In this document: positions 60,838 to 64,000 of the stretch, one piece after another
How the letters are laid out: each line of letters opens with the position of its first letter
How positions within the stretch are numbered: the first letter of the stretch is position 1
Source of the DNA: Squalus acanthias
Taxonomy: Eukaryota
Reading direction: 5' to 3'
Length of the DNA: 64,000 bases
Assembly (NCBI GenBank): GCA_030390025.1
Contig: CM059432.1
Span: forward strand, 46,688,001-46,752,000
Translations under genes and position numbers: made by a program
The notes under the pieces: generated by a model
Database searches by the model: none
What the model saw: only the letters and a program-made list of their open reading frames with translations
What the model was told of the DNA's origin: nothing

Positions 60838-61075
60838 TAGTTCCGCTACAATGAAGGTTTGTTGTTCAAAAAAAACTAAGGTCAAGAAGCAGAAGGAACA
60901 GACGTTGGTGCTGCAGGTTTACAAAAAAGAATTATTAAAATACACCACAACATTCCATTTGCTGGACACCAGGCAGTGGGGCATATTAAGGGATATCTGC
61001 TACATTTCTATCGGCCAAATGTTTTAAGGAAATGGTGTTCAACTGTAAAATGTGTGAACTGTGAAAGTGAATAAA
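60838..61075 (+). mobile_element. Highly decayed Gypsy-like integrase zinc-binding (HHCC) region
   Basis: Across frameshifts: FRYNEGLLFKK, QTLVL.VYKKELLK, HHNIPFAGH, HFYRP, CKMCEL. Confidence 0.55.
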
Positions 61076-61315
61076 TAAACCAAGGGATTGCATCAAAGCA
61101 CAGTTACAATCTTTACCAATCTATCTATATTTTATTAAAAATCTTGCATAGGGTGTATATTTCCATTGATACTTGGTTATGTAAACATTTCCAATGGTTT
61201 TTACTTCAAGGCCTCAACCTGTCTCAAAAGCCTCAGTGTAGGCTATATATTTTTTCCTCACACAACAGTTATAAAGAGTTTTTAATCCCATTTGTGTATT
61301 CTGGGCAAATGTGGC

Positions 61316-62690
61316 TTTTTTTTTTATTCGTTTATGGGATGTGGGCATCACTCGCAAGGCCAGCATTTATTGCCCATCCCTAATTGCCCTCGAGAAGGTG
61401 GTGGTAAACTGCCTTCTTGAACCGCTGCAGTCTGTGTGGTGAGGGTACTCGCACAGTGCTGTTAGGGAGGGAGTGCCAGGATTTTGACCCAGCGACGATG
61501 AAGGATCGACAATATATTTCTAAGTCAGGATGGTGTGTGACTTGGAGGGGAACTTGGAGGTGGTGGTGTTCCCATGCGCCTGCTGCCCTTGTCCTTCTAG
61601 GTGGAAGAGGTCGCAGGTTTGGGAGGTGAAGAAGCCTTGGCAAGTTGCTGCGGTGCATCTTGTAGATGGTACACACTGCAGCCATGGTATGCCGGTGGTG
61701 GAGGGAGTGAATGTTTAAGGTGGTGAATGGAGTGCCAATCAAGCGGGCTGCTTTATCCTGGATGGTGTCGAGCTTCTTGAGTGTTGTTGGAGCTGCACAC
61801 ATCCAGGCAAGTGGAGAGTATTCCATCACACTCCTTACTTGTGCCTTGTAGCTGGTGGAAAGGCTTTTGGGAGTCAGGAGGTGAGACACTCGTTGCAGAA
61901 TACCTAGCCTCTGACCTGCTCTTGTTGCCACAGTATTTATGTAGCTGGTCCAGTTAAGTTTCTGGTCAATGGTGACCCCCCAGGATGTTGATGGTGGGGG
62001 ATTCGGCAATGGTAATACCATTGAATGTCAAGGGGAGGTGGTTAGACTCTTGCTTGTTGGAGATAGTCATTGCCTGGCACTTGTGTGGCGCGAATGTTAC
62101 CTGCCACTTATCAGTCCAAGCCTGAACGTCGTCCAGCTCTTGTTGCATGCGGGCATGGACTGCTTCATTATCTGAGGAGTTGTGAGTGGCGTTGAACACT
62201 GTACAGTCATCAGCGAACAACCCCATTTCTGACCTTATGTTGGAAGGAAGGTCATTGATGAAGCAGCTGAAGATGGTTGGGCCTAGGACACTGCCCTGAG
62301 GAACTCCTGCCGCGATGTCCTGGGGCTGTGATGATTGACCTTCAACCACCACAACCATCTTCCTTTGTGCTAGGTATGACTCCAGCCAGTGGAGCGTTTT
62401 CCCCCCGATTCCCATTGACTTCAGTTTTACTAGGGCTCCTTGATGCCACACTCGGTCAAAAGCTGCCTTGATGTCAAGGGCAGTCACTCTCACCTCACCT
62501 CTGGAATTCAGCTCCCTTGTCCATGTTTGGACCAAGGCTGTAATGTGGTCGGGAGCCTAGTGGTCTTGGCGGAACCCAAACTGGGCATCAGTGAGCAGGT
62601 TATTTGTGAGTAAGTGCCACTTGATAGCACTGTCGATGACACCTTCCATCACTTTGCTGATGATTGAGAGTAGACTGATGGGGCGGTAAT
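61316..62690 (-). mobile_element. 5'-truncated CR1/L2-group LINE with intact 3' end
   Basis: NYRPISLLS, LDIKAAFDRVWH, GVPQGSVLGP, FADDCT; tail ending in an A-rich tract at 61316. Confidence 0.92.
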
Positions 62691-64000
62691 TGAGGTGCCT
62701 GCTGTACATGGTCCACGTCTCTGAGGCATACTGCAGGGTGGGTATCAATGCTGCTCTGTAGACCATGAGCTTAGTGCCGGGTTTGAGGTCCTGGTCTTCA
62801 AACACTCTCTTCCTCAGGCGACCGAAAGCTGCACTGGCACACTGAAGGCGGTGTTGGACTTTGTCATCAACGTCTGTCCTTGTTGGCAGTAGGCTCCTGA
62901 GGTATGGTTAGTGGTCCACGTTGTCCAAGGCCTTGTTGTGGATTTTGATAATCAGAGGGCAGTACTGTGTGGTGGGGGCAGGTTGGTAGAGGACTTTTGT
63001 CTTACGGATGTTAATGTAAGGCCCATGCTCTCGTATGCTTCGGTGAAGGTGTTGACGATGGTTTGGAGTTCGACCTCCAAGTGAGTGCAGCAAGCATTGT
63101 CTGCATACTGTAAATCGACAACAGAAGATGGGATGACCTTGGATCTGGGCTTGAGGCGACAGTTTCCCGTTTGTTCTGTAAATTAGCTCCACTCCAGCGG
63201 GGAGCTTATTGAGGGTGAGATGGAGCATTGCAGCAAGGAAGATCGAGAAGAGCATTGGTGCGACGACACAGCCTTGCTTGACCCCGGTCCGTACGTGAAT
63301 TGGATCTGTGGTGGAACCATTGGTCAGGATCACGGCTTGCATGTCGTCGTGAAGCAGGCGGAGGATGGTGACAAACTTTTGAGGGCAGCCGAATTTGAGG
63401 AGGACACTCCATAATCCCTCACAGTTGACAGTGTCGAAGGCCATTGTGAGATCAAAGAAGGCCATGTACAACGGTTGGTGCTGTTCCCTGCATTTCTCTT
63501 GTAATTGACGTGCGGTGAAGATCATGTCTATTGTGCCCCTTAGTGGGCGGAATCCGCATTGCGACTCTGGGAGGAGCTCTTCGGCCACTGGGAGAAGGCG
63601 GTTGAGGAGGATTCTTGCAATGACTTTCCCTGTGGCAGACAGCAGGGAAACTCCTCTGTAATTACCGCAATTGGACTTGTCACCTTTCTTGAAGATGGTC
63701 ACAATTACGGCGTCTCTGAGATCCCCTGGCATGCTGTCCTCCTTCCAGATAAGAGAAATTAGTTCATGAATTCGCACCAGTAGTGCTTCTCCTCCATGCT
63801 TTTCTGCCTCGGCAGGGATTCCATCTGCTCCTGAGGCCTTGTTGTTCTTCAGTTGTCGGATGGCCTTTTCAACCTCATGCCGGGCTGGGGTTGTACTGAG
63901 ATGGTGGCGGGTAACAAGCTGCGGGATGGAGTTGAGGACACTCGCGTCGAAGATTGTCTCAGTTAAGGAGATCTTAGAAGTGCTCCTTCCAGCGGGCACT
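62691..64000 (-). mobile_element. RTE-clade LINE, RT region (runs off the window)
   Basis: KASGADGIPAE, CGNYRGVSLLS, LPESQCGFR, DMIFTARQLQEKCREQ, GVKQGCVVAP, YASETWTMY. Confidence 0.92.

Overview
This is non-coding vertebrate DNA, most of it transposable-element sequence. The mix of CR1, L2, RTE, tRNA-derived SINEs, Harbinger elements and short Penelope-type palindromes resembles cartilaginous-fish (shark) genomes as I recall them; the taxon is an inference. I could not identify any host protein-coding gene. Every long ORF comes from a TE (CR1 ORF1/ORF2, L2, RTE, a CR1/L2-group APE-RT LINE, Harbinger transposase and Myb/SANT genes, a decayed Gypsy integrase piece) or is a low-complexity artefact of a 2.3-kb pyrimidine minisatellite. 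The most notable structures are: (1) four ~100-230 bp palindromic Penelope-type inserts with 11-13 bp target-site duplications (TSDs), two carrying complete minimal hammerhead-ribozyme cores on both strands; (2) an endonuclease-coding LINE whose 5' end is a tRNA-derived A/B-box head, split by a 5.7-kb L2/CR1 nest; (3) two local inverted duplications of ~850 bp and ~160 bp; (4) several Harbinger MITE families with 3-bp TSDs, one carrying a promoter-like and splice-donor cassette; (5) deep multi-level TE nesting and an RTE/LINE chimera. Boundaries of old decayed repeats are approximate (tens of bp), and family names come from motif recognition, not database searches.
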